Below the pieces are notes generated by a model that saw only the letters and a list, made by a program, of their open reading frames with translations, was not told the origin of the DNA and searched no databases. DNA of 43,362 bases from positions 1 through 43,362 of the forward strand of contig JBHGNT010000264.1 of NCBI GenBank assembly GCA_043228905.1, read 5' to 3'. Each line of letters begins with the position of its first letter. Positions within the stretch are counted from its first letter, which is position 1. Both the position numbers and the translations under genes were made by a program. Positions 1 to 11,400 of the stretch are shown here, one piece after another. The stretch is from Azolla caroliniana (taxonomy: Eukaryota; Plantae; Polypodiophyta).

Positions 1-290
1 CAATTCCGGAGACCATGGCGGTTCGAGCCGACGCGGCGATGTAAGACCATGGAGAAGGAAGGTGGCAGCAGAAAGACGAAGGCAACGCGAAACACCATCG
101 GGACATCACGATTGGACAACGGAGGCCAAGCGGGCCACTACGGGCATGCCTCAAGCGGAGGACATCAGGCATACGACGGGAAGCGGGGCGTTCATACGGC
201 CGAACAAGGGCCAACTGAAGTACGCGTACTACGGAGATCGCAGCAGAGGACCCATCGACGGGTCGAACGAGCCTACAGGAAGGCGAGCGT

Positions 291-1030
291 TGTCGCGTTA
301 TTACTCGCGTGCGTGTAGAAGGGCGGGACCACAGGGGTCTTGGACTAGGGAGTGTTGGAGCGTAGGAAGTCGGGCTTCACCATTCCCGGGGCATCTTAGA
401 AGCACACCGGAAGCAACCGAGGGGAGAGAGGGAGAGAGCGCTTAACACCGACTCACGCACACACAGACATGTTGACCCGCCTCGCGCCCTCATGTACAGG
501 AACGCAGGAAAAGGGGAAACACCCGACACGAACATGGACGCGAATATACACAGACAGACGCAAATATATATATATGTATAAACAGAAGAATACATCCCCG
601 GCTTCGAGCCGGACTGAGGTAAGTTACAATAGTCATCTGCTACCAAGCCGCCGTCAGGGAGCCCTTGGCTCGTCGCGCCGAGCGGGGTCTTGCACAGGAG
701 GCCGAACCAAAGCAAACCCTAAGCGAAACACGAAGAAGGGGAAGAAGAAGAACCTAATTCTAAACCTAACGGTATACCCTCTATTGCAAAATGGGCAACC
801 CCTTTCCAAAGGGTGATCCCTTCCTTTTATAGTACAAGGAGAGGGATGCGTTACAATGTGGGACAAATCCCGCCTTACATGGGATCGTCTGCCCCGACTT
901 GACTCTCTTCGGCGCCATAAAGGCGCCCTCGATATTCACACTAAATGTACATGGGTGCGTACACACGCTGCACCCCGCCGATGTAGCCAACGTTCCCAGT
1001 TTCCGCCTTTGGCCGAAATTCTTCACGACA
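291..1030 (-). repeat. 3' LTR of nested family A element
   Basis: Near-identical to 4296-5036; TG...CA ends; minus-strand TATAAAA at about 825-831. Confidence 0.93.
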
Positions 1031-1043
1031 TCCGCCCCCACCT
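1031..1043 (-). other. Polypurine tract
   Basis: AGGTGGGGGCGGA on the minus strand immediately before the 3' LTR TG. Confidence 0.75.
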
Positions 1044-2294
1044 AACTGCACGTCCACCGATACGTGCCAAATCCGGTTGAAGGGTGAGAGATTTCGGCCG
1101 GCGAGAAACCGGTCTTCAGTGATCCGCATCTCGGCTCGCTGCCGGTTTGATCCGTCGGCTCTGAGTCTTCCTTCGCGCACGCCTCTCCGTAGGCTCGTTC
1201 GACCCGCCGATGGGTCGTTTACCGCAATCTTCGTAGTGCTCGTACTTCCGTTGGCCCTCGCTCATCCGTATGAACGCCCCGCTTCCCGCCGTAGGCCCGA
1301 TGTCCCCCGCTCGAGGCATGCCCGTAGTGGCCCGCTTGGCCTCCATTGATCATTCGCGTCGTCCTGATTGCCATCCCATGTCGTTTCGCGTCGCCCTCGT
1401 CCTCTCGCCGCCACCTTCCTTCTCCATGGTCTTACATCGCCGCGTCGGCTCGAACCGCCAAGGTCTCCAGGATAGTGTGGAGGATCCCTTTCCGGCCTCT
1501 CTTGCCGCTCACCCGCATACTGGTGTCCTTTGCATCTGAGGAACACCCCGTAGTAGCCCGCTTGGCCCTTCCCGTCTTCGTGCTGCTGCAATAGGTCCTG
1601 AGTCTCCCGCTTGCCGTCGTCCCCTCGCCCCCACCAGCTTGTCACCCCGGGCTTGCCATGTCAGTCTTTGCTACTTCGACGGAGCTACCGAGATCTACGA
1701 AGCGAGTGTGGAGGATCCTCCTCCGGCCTCTCTTGCCATCCCTTGACTCTGACCCTATGCAATCCACTAGGCACTTGTCACCTCGTTCCCGGCACCTCTC
1801 TTGTGCCGTCTTCCGCTTCCTTTGTTCGGCACCGCCCGTGCCAAACACCGTCCCGTAGTCACGCTTCGATCCGGCCCGCGATGGCCACTTGCGAGACTCT
1901 TGTTCTGTCCAAGGTGTGCCTTTCCGGCCTGACACACCTCCCCGTGTTTGCCGCTACCGGCTCCTTCCGAATCCTCGTGTCGTCGGGTCCCGTTCCCTGC
2001 CGCCCCCGTCCTTCTCCCTAGGTCTCACGTTGCCACGTTGGCCGAACTGCCGGGGTCTCCGGATCGGTGTGAGGGTCCCATAGGACCGGACTCTGTTTCT
2101 ATGCTGGCCGAAATTCGGGTGTCTTTTGTTTGAGTCCCTCCCGGACTCTCCTCGTGTCTTCCGCGTAGCCGGGTCCCGTTTCCCACCGCCACCATCCTGT
2201 CCCTCTCGGTCTTACGTTGCCACGATGGCAGAACAACTGAAGTCTCCGGAACCGGTGTGGGGATCCCGTAGTACCGGACTTCCTTACACCCATA

Positions 2295-2530
2295 GCCTTC
2301 GTCACCTCGCCGCCACCGTCAGTATCTTGGTCTTACGTCGACCGCGTTGCCGACTGCCGAAGTCTCTAGATCCGGTGTGAAGGATCCTCCGTAGGCGTTC
2401 CATCCGTAGCCCTTGCCTTCGTCACCTCGCCGCCACCGTCAGTATCTTGGTCTTACGTCGACTGCGTTGCCGACTGCCGAAGTCTCTAGATCCGGTGTGA
2501 AGGATCCTCCATAGGCGTTCCATCCGTAGC
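2295..2530. repeat. 120-bp tandem duplication in family A internal region
   Basis: GTCACCTCGCCGCCACCGTCAGTATC... starts at 2301 and 2421; copies nearly identical. Confidence 0.9.
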
Positions 2531-2924
2531 TCTTGCTGACCCTGTCCCGAGTCGTCCTTTTCTGCATGCCAAAAGGGCAGTTTACTCCACACCCTCTCCC
2601 GTGGTACCGACATACCGTGTCCTCGGCCTCTTCGTAGGCCTGCTCTCTTCCTCCCTCCCGGAATGGTCATCCGGGAGTCCGCTCCGCCCGGTTCTCGTCC
2701 GGGTCCGTTCGTCCTTCTCCGGGTTGCCGAGTCCCGTTCTCCTGTCGCCACCGATCTCTCTTATAGGAGTCACGCCGGCACTCAGGCCTGCAACCGGATC
2801 GGTGTAAGGAATCCCATAGGACCGGCTTTCATTCTCTTTCCAAATCTCGACCTTCGCCCGGTCGGTCTTTCTCCCCAAGTAAAAGAGGGCGGCTCGTCCC
2901 GCACCCTCTCCCGTATCGGCACCT

Positions 2925-4258
2925 TCATGCCGAATCCGGCCCCGATCGAACGATCCACGACCGGATTCTGATCCATACGAATCGGAATGCTGATCTTCTC
3001 GTGCCGCTTCCGTCCTCGGCCTCCTCGCAGGCCGTTTCCCATCCGTCTTCGCTGGCATCGTGCCAGGACTCCTCGGTACCGCCATCCATCTCCTCGGTCT
3101 TACATGGGCATACGGGCCCGAATGCCGAGTTCTCCGAAATCGGGTCCGTGGGCTTTCGTCCGCTCCTTCCCCGTATCGTCGCACCGATGATGCTCGCCCT
3201 TTCGCCGCCGCCTTCCTCCGCTTGGGACTCACGTGGGCACTCAGGCCTGACTGCCAACGTCTCTGGAGCAAGTGTGGGAAGACACAAAGAATCGCCCGTC
3301 CGTTTTGCGCCCTTGTCCGTAGCCACCAACTCTTCGTGGTCGGCGGTCGTCTTCTTACCGATCGCGCAAGCCCCGTTTGGGCTTGCTTCTCCAATGACCG
3401 GGATCTCGGGCTGACACGCCCAAGACCGCTGGTCCCATCGTTCCGGTTCCACGATCTGTATCTCTGCCTCGTCCTTGGCCGTTTTATCTCCGCAAGCCGA
3501 GAGGGCGTTTTGTTCCGCACCCTCTCCCGTGATACCGTCGTACCGATCTTCCGCCGTTGTGTGGGGCAAGTCCGTTTCCTTGGTCTCAGCTTCTGGCCTC
3601 GATCCTCCCCCTTCCTCGAGCATCGTTTTGAGCGTTGCGTACACCTCCGCAATCCTGGCCCCAACGCTGACCCTTGCCGACTCGCCCAGTCCTCCGTAAG
3701 CCCATTCGCTCCATCATCATCTTCGAGCTCAATCCCGATGGCTTCCCGTTCCGCTCGGTCGATCGACCTAACGAACAAAAGGACTTTGTCCGCCCCCACC
3801 AAACCTTGTTCCCGCTCTGGGAGCCGAGCAAGTCGTCGCTCGAACTCTCGGAACGCCTTCGTCGCACTTCGGTGGGCCTTTGCCGATGCTACCCACTGGT
3901 CGAAGTCGTGTCGTCCCCGGCTCTTCCGCCGTCCTCCGTATGCCTTCAGGAGCGCCTCTTCGAAGGCCTCCCACGAACTATGAGCCTCACAGAGCTCCTT
4001 TAATTTCGCATGCATCCGGACAGCCACGACCCGACAGAAGAACTCCAGCCTCAACGCCTCGTCTACGCCACGCTCCTCCATTTCCACATTGTAGGCTTCC
4101 AAGTAAGATGGGACCTTGTCCCCGTTGAAACGGCCGACTCTTTTGACCACTCGCTCAATCGCCTGTTGCGCCGCTTCTCGCCTCATCGCCACTCGTGCCG
4201 ACTCCAACACCACTTCGGCCACTATCTCCGCAAAGTCGAAGTCTTCTTCCATCTCCAT
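2925..4258 (-). pseudogene. gag: Gag (capsid-like) with acidic C-terminal extension; apparent frameshift near 3680
   Basis: ATG lies 15 nt after the PBS. VGRFNGDKVPSYLEAY...SWEAFEEALLKAY resembles Ty3/gypsy capsid. Continues in another frame (ORF 2925-3644) as an E/D-rich tail; no CCHC knuckle. Confidence 0.75.
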
Positions 4259-4273
4259 GCTCCCTTGCCGCCC

Positions 4274-4291
4274 TTCACGTCGGGTTCACCA
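4274..4291 (-). other. Primer binding site complementary to tRNA-Trp
   Basis: Minus strand TGGTGAACCCGACGTGAA, 4 nt after the LTR. The plus strand TTCACGTCGGGTTCACCA equals the 3' 18 nt of plant cytosolic tRNA-Trp(CCA) as recalled. Confidence 0.85.
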
Positions 4292-4295
4292 AATA

Positions 4296-5036
4296 TGTCG
4301 CGTTATTACACGCGTGCGTGTAGAAGGGCGGGACCACGGGGGTCTTGGACTAGGGAGTGTTGGAGCGTAGGAAGTCGAGCTTCACCGTTCCTGGGGCATC
4401 TCAGAAGCACACCGGAAGCAACCAAGGGGAGAGAGGGAGAGAGCGCTTAACACCGACTCACGCACACACAGACATGTTGACCCGCCTCGCGCCCTCATGT
4501 AAAGGAAACGCAGGAAAAGGGGAAACACCCGACACGAACATGGACGCGAATATACACAGACAGACGCAAATATATATATATGTATAAACAGAAGAATACA
4601 TCCCCGGCTTCGAGCCGGACTGAGGTAGGTTACAATAGTCATCTGCTACCAAGCCGCCGTCAGGGAGCCCTTGGCTCGTCGCGCCGAGCGGGGTCTTGCA
4701 CAGGAGGCCGAACCAAAGCAAACCCTAAGCGAAACACGAAGAAGGGGAAGAAGAAGAACCTAATTCTAAACCTAACGGTATACCCTCTATTGCAAAATGG
4801 GCAACCCCTTTCCAAAGGGTGATCCCTTCCTTTTATAGTACAAGGAGAGGGATGCGTTACAATGTGGGACAAATCCCGCCTTACATGGGATCGTCTGCCC
4901 CGACTTGACTCTCTTCGGCGCCATAAAGGTGCCCTCGATATTCACACTAAATGTACATGGGTGCGTACACACGCTGCACCCCGCCGATGTAGCCAACGTT
5001 CCCGGTTTCCGCCTTTGGCCGAAATTCTTCACGACA
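4296..5036 (-). repeat. 5' LTR of nested family A element
   Basis: Direct repeat of 291-1030, adjacent to the PBS. Confidence 0.93.
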
Positions 5037-5184
5037 GCGCCAAGGAAGATTCGAAGCCAACGGATCAAACCGGTAGCGAGCCGAGATGCGGATCACGGGA
5101 GACCGGTTTCTCGCAGGCCGAAATCTCTCACCCTTCAACCAGATTTGGCACGTACCGGTGGACGTGCAGTTAGGTGAGGGCGGA

Positions 5185-5737
5185 TGTCGTGAAGAATTAC
5201 GGCCAGAGGCGGAAACCGGGAAACATTGGCTACATCGGCAGGGTGCAGCGTGTGTATGCACCCATGTACATTTAGTGTGAATATCGAGGGCTCCTTTATG
5301 GCGCCGAAGAGTAGTCAAGTCGGGGTAGACGATCCCATGTAAGTCGGGATTTGTCCCACATTGTAACGCATCCCTTTCCTTGTTCTATAAAAGGAAGGGA
5401 ACGCCCTTTGTGATAGGGTTGCCCATTTTGCATTAGAGGGTATACCGTTAGGTTTAGAGTTAGGTTCTTCTTCTTCTTCTCTTTCTGCGTGTTTGCTTAG
5501 GATTTTCTTGGTTCGGCCTCCTGTGCAAGACCCCGCTCGGCGCGACGAGCTGAGAGCTCCCCGACGGCGGCTTGGCAGCAGACGACTACTGTAACCTACC
5601 TCAGTCCGGCCCGAAGCCGGGAATGTATTATTCTTCTATATATATATACGTTTGTCTGTGTATATTCGCGTCGTTGTTGGCGTCGGGTGCTTACCCTCTC
5701 CTGCGTTTTCTGTACATAAGGCGTGAGTCGGGTTGGG

Positions 5738-5776
<39 letters not shown>

Positions 5777-5943
5777 TGAGTCGGTGTTAAGCACGCTCTC
5801 TCTATCTCTCCCTTCGGCTGCTTCCGGTGTGTTTCTGGGATGCCCCAGAAATAGTGAAGCACGACTTCCTACGCTCCATCACTCTCTAGTCCAAGACCCC
5901 CGTGGTCCCGCCTTTCTCCACGCACGTGCGTAACAACGCGACA
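5185..5943 (+). repeat. 3' LTR of host family A element
   Basis: Reverse complement homolog of 4296-5036; TATAAAA at 5386-5392; (TG)n expansion at about 5739-5772; preceded by a PPT. Confidence 0.92.
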
Positions 5944-6120
5944 GCGGCTGTTGCCGGAGGGTGTTTTGGCCGCTCGTTAGTGGCTTTTTTGCTCTGTGGT
6001 GTTGTCAGGGTTAAAGCCAGAGGGAGAGGGCAGCGATGGCGGGATGTGGTTTAGGGTTGCAAAGTCGGCCTTGAAAGCAGACGATTGAGACAAAGCTACT
6101 CTCCTTCTTAAGCGCCAAGT

Positions 6121-8410
6121 ATGTCTCGTCCATTAAGGTGTAAGGTAGGAGTCGGGGACACAGGAATGCAGGAACATGTTGGCAAAATGTGGACAAAGGA
6201 TCCAACAGTGAGAGTTAATGCATCAGCGGCTGCAATTAAGGTAGCAATGGCAAGGGTACCCGCTGTGAGGGCGGTGGAATCAAGGTACACATTGCAAGGT
6301 GGGAACAAGGATAGGGAGAAGCATCAGATGGCAAATGGGGGGCATAGGAAAGTAGATGAGATGATGAAAGAAACAAGGCAACACATTATTGGCGGAGATA
6401 GGGAGTTGGGTAAGGAATCACTCAATCAATTAGACAAGGCGGGTTGGATGGAAGAGGATGATAGGGCTCCTCTCAACAGCAAGGCGGAAACGGTCTTCAC
6501 CATTGAATTCTCAGAGGATTTGAGAGTGTGGGGAGTGCCAGAGGTTTGGAATAAAGAGGTTGGGAAGCAAACAATTGGGGGGAATAATTCCAGCCATGCA
6601 TTATGGCAAGTGATGATTGCGGGGAGGCCGCCGGGACAAGCAGGCGGATCGTCACAAGGGTTGGATGGTGTTGTGGAATTGGACGCCACAGAGGACATGT
6701 TGCAAGTAGAAAATCTCCTACAGGAATGTGGTCACGCACATAATGCATGCCCGAGAGGAGGTCATGATAAGGATATGGATATGAATGAGAGCTCTGAGTT
6801 ACTAGAGGTTTTTTGTCAGAAGATGAAAGTAAAATTTTGAATGCAGAGATTGAAAGATTAAGGAAATGCTCGTTCATTTGTAAGCTACTTGGTGGTAGAC
6901 CTAATAGAGGTATGGTTTGTGACATGCTACAAGTAGCTCTTATGGATCAGGTGCCGCAAATATTAAATGTACACAATATGGGTCGAAATTTCTTCCATGT
7001 TGAAGTGGTCGAGGGGGGTGATGTATCACAGATTGTGGATATGAAATTTGTAGAGCTCAAATATGGAACAGCTCTTTTGTTGGAGTGGCATGCTAACTTC
7101 AACCCTGTGGAGGAAGACAAGAAAATTGGTAACCCTCGGGTGATTTCTATGATATTCCCAAATCTACCTCGACAGTTATACCCCTTGATCCCAAAGATTG
7201 GGGATAAGATTGGCATTGTTTGTCCCTCAAAGGCAACGATGGTAGATAGAGTCAGGGACTACCCGAAGATTAGAGTGCTTGTCCAAAGTTCGTCCAAACT
7301 CCCCCCTATAATCAGGGTTCATGATGTAGAAGCAGGTTTGCTAGATGTGGCAGTGGAATACGAGGGCTTACCTGGTCAATGTTTTTATTGTAAAAAGAAG
7401 GGCCACATTGCTAAGGAATGCCCTAGGAAGATCAATGGTAATGGGAGGGTGGGAAGGACAAAGGGCAGGTTGCTAGGCAAGAGAATATAGGAGTGAAATA
7501 TCAAAACACCCTCAATGGGGTAGTGAAGGAGAAGGCTAATACAGACTCTTGGACTCTGGTTTTGGGGCGAAAATATAGTTTGCAGCAAGAAGGAGACACA
7601 ATTATGCCTCATGTAAGGTTGAAGAATAGCTTTGATGCATTGTTGGAAGAAGAGGATCTGTTTCAGGATCAAAGCTCAAATAATGTTGAAGAGGTGGTAG
7701 TGTGCACACCTAATGCCTTTCTTGGTAAGAGTGGAAGTATCGGACTGAGAGCGGTGAAAGAGTGGTTGCGTACTAGGAGGGGGCAAGAAAGCTCTCCACT
7801 CAGTTCCGAAACTCAGAAGTTGCATGAGACAAGACAAGTAACTTTAGGTGTAGATGCTCGAGTTCCGGTGAAATTTGTTCAGTCCAAAAGATCAATCAGG
7901 GATAGGTTTGACAAGGGGTGCAGGTTTAGCCAACAGGCTCGCAAGAGATTGATTGACTTATGTCATGAGGAAGGCCCAGGGCTGAGGGTTTATGTGGTTG
8001 TCAATGAACGCAACAAGTTGCCAAATGCTTGTTTTTCTTTTGACCTGATAGACCTGGAGATTTCAGCCAATAACATGGATTGGATCTCGAGTTCCATAAC
8101 CAGTAGGGCGAACAAGTACTTTAACAATTTGCCCATCAATTCGAATGGAGATAACTGGAGTGTGATGTGGATGAACGCTAAAATGATCTGTGGGAGGGTC
8201 AATGATTCATGCATTAAAAAATAGTTGCTACTAAGCATAGAAGAGAGGGTAGACTCCCTCGATGAGGTATTGCACTTCCATGAGTAGGAAATAGAGGATG
8301 CAATGTAGCAAGATGTTATGGTGGGATGGGAGAGGATTAGTAAGGGCAGTTGGGCGTGGACTCAAGAGGAGGGGCTATGTCCGTCATGGGAGGCTTCACT
8401 CATGTTTTGA
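6121..8410 (+). pseudogene. LINE-a ORF1 (RRM/DUF4283-like, zinc knuckle, extra C-terminal domain)
   Basis: FICKLLGGRPNRG...MGRNFFHVE and CFYCKKKGHIAKEC. The frame continues through isolated stops to TGA 8408-8410. Start position approximate. Confidence 0.8.
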
Positions 8411-11400
8411 TGAAATTACTCACGTGGAACATACAAGGTCTAGGGGGTAGCAAATGTATGTTGGGGAGGAAGAACTTCCGACAGGAGTTCAAATCCCCAA
8501 GTTTCAAGGGGGGCCCGGATATATTGTTGTTGCAAGAGCACCATCTAAGTGCGAATAGGATCTTAGATATTGGCAATCCTCTTGAGGGAGATTGGCAGAC
8601 ATTCTGGTCCCCAACTCAAGGTGAGCACGGTAGGAAAGGGGGTGTCTGTACATCTATAAGGAAGTCTTCAGATGTTGTTGTGGTGGTTCATGACACCATA
8701 GTGGAGGGACGTGCCATCTATGTGACTATTAGATGGGCCCAATGTCTAATTGGCATAATAAATGTGTATGCGCCCAATTCGTCAACGAATCGGGCCCTTT
8801 TTTGGAGGCAATTGGCCGATGGTCTGCTGGCGGCAGATGCATGGATCTTTGCTAGGGATTTTAACATGACTTTGTACAAAGAGGACAAGGTGGGGGGTAT
8901 GCCAATGGTGGTGCAGGGGTCTAAGCTTGTTGCGTGGGATTTGTTGATGGGTCAAATGGGGGTGAAAGATGCCTGACATGTAATAAAAAAACCTTGAAAT
9001 TCGTTAAGTTTTTCGAGAGCAGGCTGCAATGTGCATGGTTTTTGCATGTCACGCATAGACAGAATATACATCAGTCTGGCACTAGAAAAATTTGGAACCA
9101 ATGTTGAAATCATTGCAGGGTCAGCCTACTCCGATCATATGTTGGTTAAGATAACGCTAGAAACGCAGAGGAGATCACCAAGGGACTGCAATGTGAGGAT
9201 CAACAAAAAACTTTTTGAGGATGTGGAGGTGAGTAGAAACATAAGGTGTATATGGGAAAGCAATTCGGTTGGATGTGGCGCACTTGATAAACTTTGAGGG
9301 AAGATTATCGAAACATCAACTTATCTCTATAAGGCGACGAAAAGTAGAATTACGAAGTCTAAGGAGGAAGAAATGTGTTTAAGGAGATCAATTGTGGCTG
9401 CCCAAAGGCTACTATAGAAAGATCCCCGATGCCAATGGTCTAGGGCAGGCCTCGAGGCTGCCAGAGAAACGTTGCAATGCTTGATTGCATCCAGAAATAC
9501 GATGTTATTTAGGAGTTTGGTTGCATGGTGGAGCAAAAATGGGGATAAGGTGAATAAACAATTTTTCATGCATAAACAACCTAGAACAAACTATAGCTAC
9601 AATCCGAAGCTGGTTAAGGAAGATGGCTCTATCTCGGAGGATATTTCAGAGATCTTGGAGGCGGTCACCTCACACTATCATGAGTTGCTTTCGGATAGTT
9701 ACAATAGCCCCGAACAACCTGCTATGATAGAATATGTACTTGAGGGAATGCAACATAAAATTTCATATGCGGCACAAGATAATTTGGTGAGGCCTCTCTT
9801 GGAGGAGGAGGTGGCCGATGCTTTGGCAGGTATTTGTAGAACGTCCTGCCCAAGCTCCGATGGGTTATCAAGAGATTTTTTCGAAAAAATTTGGGACGTA
9901 ATCAAGGCAGATTTGGTTGATGGGCTAAAGGAGGCATGGGATGTTGGGTACTTACTTGAGCAATTTCAAGAGGGGATGATATTTCTAATTCCTAAGGTAC
10001 AAGGTGTAACAACTGATGCAAGGCAATGGAGACCAATCACGTTGTTAAACACAATATATAAGATATTTGCTAATATACTAGCCAAGAGGGTAAAACCCTA
10101 CCTGCAGGAACTAATCCATGTTGGACAAACAAGGTTCATGGAAAATAGATGCATAATTGATAATGTGCTGACATTTTGGGAGGTGATTTCCTTGGCAAAG
10201 AAAACCAATCAGCACATTGCCTGTCTCATGCTTGACTTTGAGAAGGCATATGATAGAGTTCAGTGGCCTTTTTTAGATAAAGTCATGGAAAGGTTGGGTC
10301 TACCTTTAAAATGGCGATCAGCTGCGCTAGCCCTTTACAAAGGAAGTTCGAGTAGGGTGTTAGTGACAGGGCATCGTGGCCCATCGATTCCATTACATAG
10401 GTCTGTTAGACAAGGGTGCCCGATGGCCCCCTATCTTTTTTTATTTATTACAGAAGCATTCTCTTTCTTTTTGAACAGATCGAATACAGGAATAAGAGGT
10501 TTAGCTATCCCACATGCGAGTAAGGAGTTGCTGGACTCTGAGTATGCAGACGACACTATGCTTTACTTGCAAGGGAATGATGCTAATTTACAAAAGGCGG
10601 AAGGACGGATTGAGTGGTTTTGCAATGCATCAGGGGGGAAAATTAACTGGAACAAAAGTAGAGGATTCTGGTTAAGTTCAAACCCACGACCGTTATGGTG
10701 TCCCAATGTTGATTTTCAATGGATCCCCAATGGCATGGTTGTTAAGTATTTGGCCTTTTTGGTGGGAGTTGAGACACCTAAAAATCAGCAGCTTGAGCAG
10801 GTCAAAGACAAAATTAGAAAAAAGCTTCAGTTGTGGGCATCAGTAAAGCTCTCCCTTGCTGGTAGGGTTGTGGTGGTGAACCATATTTTGTTGGCCACCA
10901 TGTGGCATTCAGTGGCATGTTGGATGTTAGACAAAGCCTGCATAAAAAATATTAAGGCAATGGTGAGAGGCTTCTTGTGGTCGGGTAGAGACAATGAAAT
11001 GGCATCAACTAAAGTGGCGTGGGGTTGTTTAGTTAAGACAAAGAATGAGGGAGGACTTGGACTGGTGGATCCGCTTCACCAAAGTAAGGCTCTACTTGGT
11101 AAGCTTTTAGTGCGAAGTTTGCAACCCGGACCAGAATTGTGGAAGGTGCTCCTTAGGAATAGAGTTTACCTTTGGTGTCCCAGGAATGGTGGTCCTTGGC
11201 AGGCAAATACATGGTGGTTGTTCAGCCCGGCTCTAAAGTTGAAAGAACCAGCTAGCATGGAGAATAGAGTGGTTCACGCCATAATGAAGGCATGGTCAAG
11301 TTTAAGAGAAGGGTTAGTCTTAATGCAACTGAAAACACTGGATGAATAGCTACGACAACCGTTGTTTTGGAACCCTAGGATTAGAAGTGAAGATGGTAAG

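Larger units (their letters stand above)
291..5036 (-). mobile_element. Complete non-autonomous (gag-only) Ty3/gypsy-like LTR retrotransposon, family A
   Basis: Two ~740-bp LTRs (291-1030, 4296-5036) differ by about 11 substitutions and 1 indel by eye. Termini TGTCG...CGACA; PBS next to the right LTR, PPT next to the left LTR; flanks GCGT (287-290) and GCGC (5037-5040). Gag-like ORF present; no PR/RT/RH/IN motifs seen. Confidence 0.9.
1..5943 (+). mobile_element. 3' part of an LTR retroelement (family A), interrupted by an antisense copy of the same family; 5' end lies outside the window
   Basis: 1-290 and 5037-5184 join into one sequence that is the reverse complement of about 1031-1470. 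This is followed by PPT AGGTGAGGGCGGA (5172-5184) and a TGTCG...CGACA LTR (5185-5943). Confidence 0.88.

Noticed and set aside
2582-3680. Arg-rich C-terminal half of the 558-aa ORF as a real protein
   Set aside because: Looks like off-frame read-through after a frameshift in GC-rich DNA; the acidic alternative frame is more plausible.
291-5943. DIRS/tyrosine-recombinase element suggested by mixed direct and inverted repeats
   Set aside because: Fully explained by antisense nesting of two LTR elements with PBS, PPT and TSD; no recombinase motifs.
5185-5943. Hammerhead ribozyme (retrozyme) in the non-autonomous LTR
   Set aside because: No CUGANGA plus GAAA core with compatible stems found by eye.
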